Shown one piece after another: positions 62,161 to 64,000 of a DNA stretch of 64,000 bases. Made by a program: the position numbers and the translations under genes. The notes below the pieces were generated by a model, which did no database searches, was not told the origin of the DNA, and saw only the letters and a program-made list of their open reading frames with translations. Position 1 is the stretch's first letter. Every line of letters begins with the position of its first letter. The stretch is from Iphione sp. A-MEVVRFRX5 (Eukaryota): assembly GCA_976226885.1 (NCBI GenBank), contig OZ320320.1:52948001-53012000 (forward strand), given 5' to 3'.

Positions 62161-64000
62161 CTCACGAAGATAAAATTGAGTACCTTGTCACGACAGCATG
62201 AGTGCTTTGTTGTCGGACCCAGTGAATACATGTCCATATAAGGTATATATTCTCCACAAGTAGCCAGCAAAGTTTTAGCAATGGCAGTGATAAAAATTCA
62301 CACACTACAAAGCGACATCATATAATCATGACAGATTCACTGGTGAGTCAGTATTAGGGATGATGTCGACAGTCCGTGTGCATCCCGTCTTGATGTTCGG
62401 AATATCCTCAACCCCGTTCAACCTGTGTGTAATGGATCCCTTTGCGAAAGTGTTAGCCACCTAGTAACAACTCTATTTTTTTACCATTTATGAGTGCCCT
62501 CAGACTCTCAAAACACATGATAGCATAACATTCTGGAAATACATCGTACAACTATGCAAATATCACGCTGTAATATTTTATTTTCACCACTTGGTGATGG
62601 GTCCCTGAACACATCCTTGAATCATTCATCAGGGGTATGTTGCTGAAAAATGTTTCATTTGGTCGAGTAGTCAAGAGCAAGAAAAGGTTGTCAAAGTCTG
62701 TGCCTCTAAGCGACGGTTCAATTGACTGACAATATAGCCTGTGGCTCCTGAAGGTCGTGACATTTGTAACAACCTGGCACTCAGCTGCACCATATGTACC
62801 TGAGGTATGGTAGGTAATACTTGAAAGGCGGGGGGCGGGGGTGGTTAGAGGTGTATTTGAGAGACGGACAGAACAACACAAGGGCCGCTGGTAGGTGTAC
62901 ACAGGCAGTATATTGACACGCCCTCACTTAACAACAGGTCCGCCCACATGCTCAGCTTGTTTGACAAGTCCACTGCTCTCCTGTGTGCAGTAGTAGCGAA
63001 GATCAGGCCAGGCGCCCACACGCATATATTGATATGAACACTATGAAATTTTTGCAAAAATACAAACTTAACTACCCGTACTTGAGAAGTGGCCACTACA
63101 AACACAAAAAAGTACGTATACTGAGAGAAAGGATACTACTGAGGTACATATAGGTGCGAAAAGAAAGAAAATGTAAACTGAAGCATGCACTGAACGAAGG
63201 GACATTATGAAGAGAGTCCTACATGTAACGACAGTCAAAATGGGTTTTAAAACACACAACAGGCCACATCTGATCTCGTCAAGCAGTACAGATAGAAGTG
63301 GGAACCCCTTCAAATGTCACAGGTGGTTGTTTTCAGTGAATTGCTGAAAAAAAATATCGGACAACAAAGTCTTTTGTACTGCTAGAGGTTGCATCTATGA
63401 TCTCGTGATTATGAAAGCACGTATACTTTACGCTGAAGATTATTAATAGCCGAACCTTGGTCGCTGCACACTGCAGCCATTGCATAGGCCAAGAGCTTAA
63501 CTGTTTTTCTAAAGAAGCGGTGAGAGGGGGAGGGGGTTCCAACTGCACACACTCTCATGCCACACGAATTCACCGATCGCTTTCTTTTTTAGTGACAGTT
63601 TGAGTCTAGCCAACCACAACCTATCTCCCCAAAAGCATGGGATTTGGAATCATAGACAAACAAGGCTGCCCAGCATTGGAGTCAATGGGAAGGTGGAAAT
63701 TCTGTGCTCATATTACTGATAGAATTATTTGATTTTGTATACATAATGATTTACAAAAACGATTGTATTTTTCCATCAAATAGTTCTTAAGTTTCGAGGG
63801 CTCAAACACGGGCCTTTTAGCTTTGGGAAAGGCCTAGCGAGGCTGCAGAATGGCCTGGCCATAAGCACCTGTCAGTGATGTTTCTGAGTAGGAGGAGTTA
63901 TCAGCTGAAAAGTGATTGGGGAACAGGAGTAGGGCTATTAGGGCTCACGTATGGGAACAAGAAGCTATCAGACTATAACTAGGCTCGCAAACACACTTGA

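Overview
Gapped eukaryotic genomic DNA, probably from a bilaterian invertebrate (inferred from spliceosomal introns, repeat content and CTCF-like motifs). All alignments and counts were done by eye. Three things dominate the window. (1) A ~7.5-kb DNA transposon (~3211-10680) encodes an intact two-exon DDD-type, Sola-like transposase. Its 2.7-kb intron holds a three-exon antisense coiled-coil gene, and both ends carry arrays of GTCATCTACGCTA spaced at ~175 bp or twice that. (2) A full-length, lightly decayed CR1/L2-group LINE on the minus strand (46954-54211) has an ORF1 fused to a NADAR (YbiA-like) domain, a separate SGNH/esterase-like ORF and an APE-RT ORF2. (3) That LINE sits exactly between two copies of a ~1.19-kb direct duplication with target-site-duplication geometry, which duplicates in frame two exons encoding an EF-hand pair of a plus-strand host gene. 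The rest is mostly intronic or intergenic: a candidate myristoylated first exon (13709), candidate recursive splice sites, RFX/CRE/CLEAR/CTCF-like motifs, TA-flanked MITEs, mini- and microsatellites and three N gaps.
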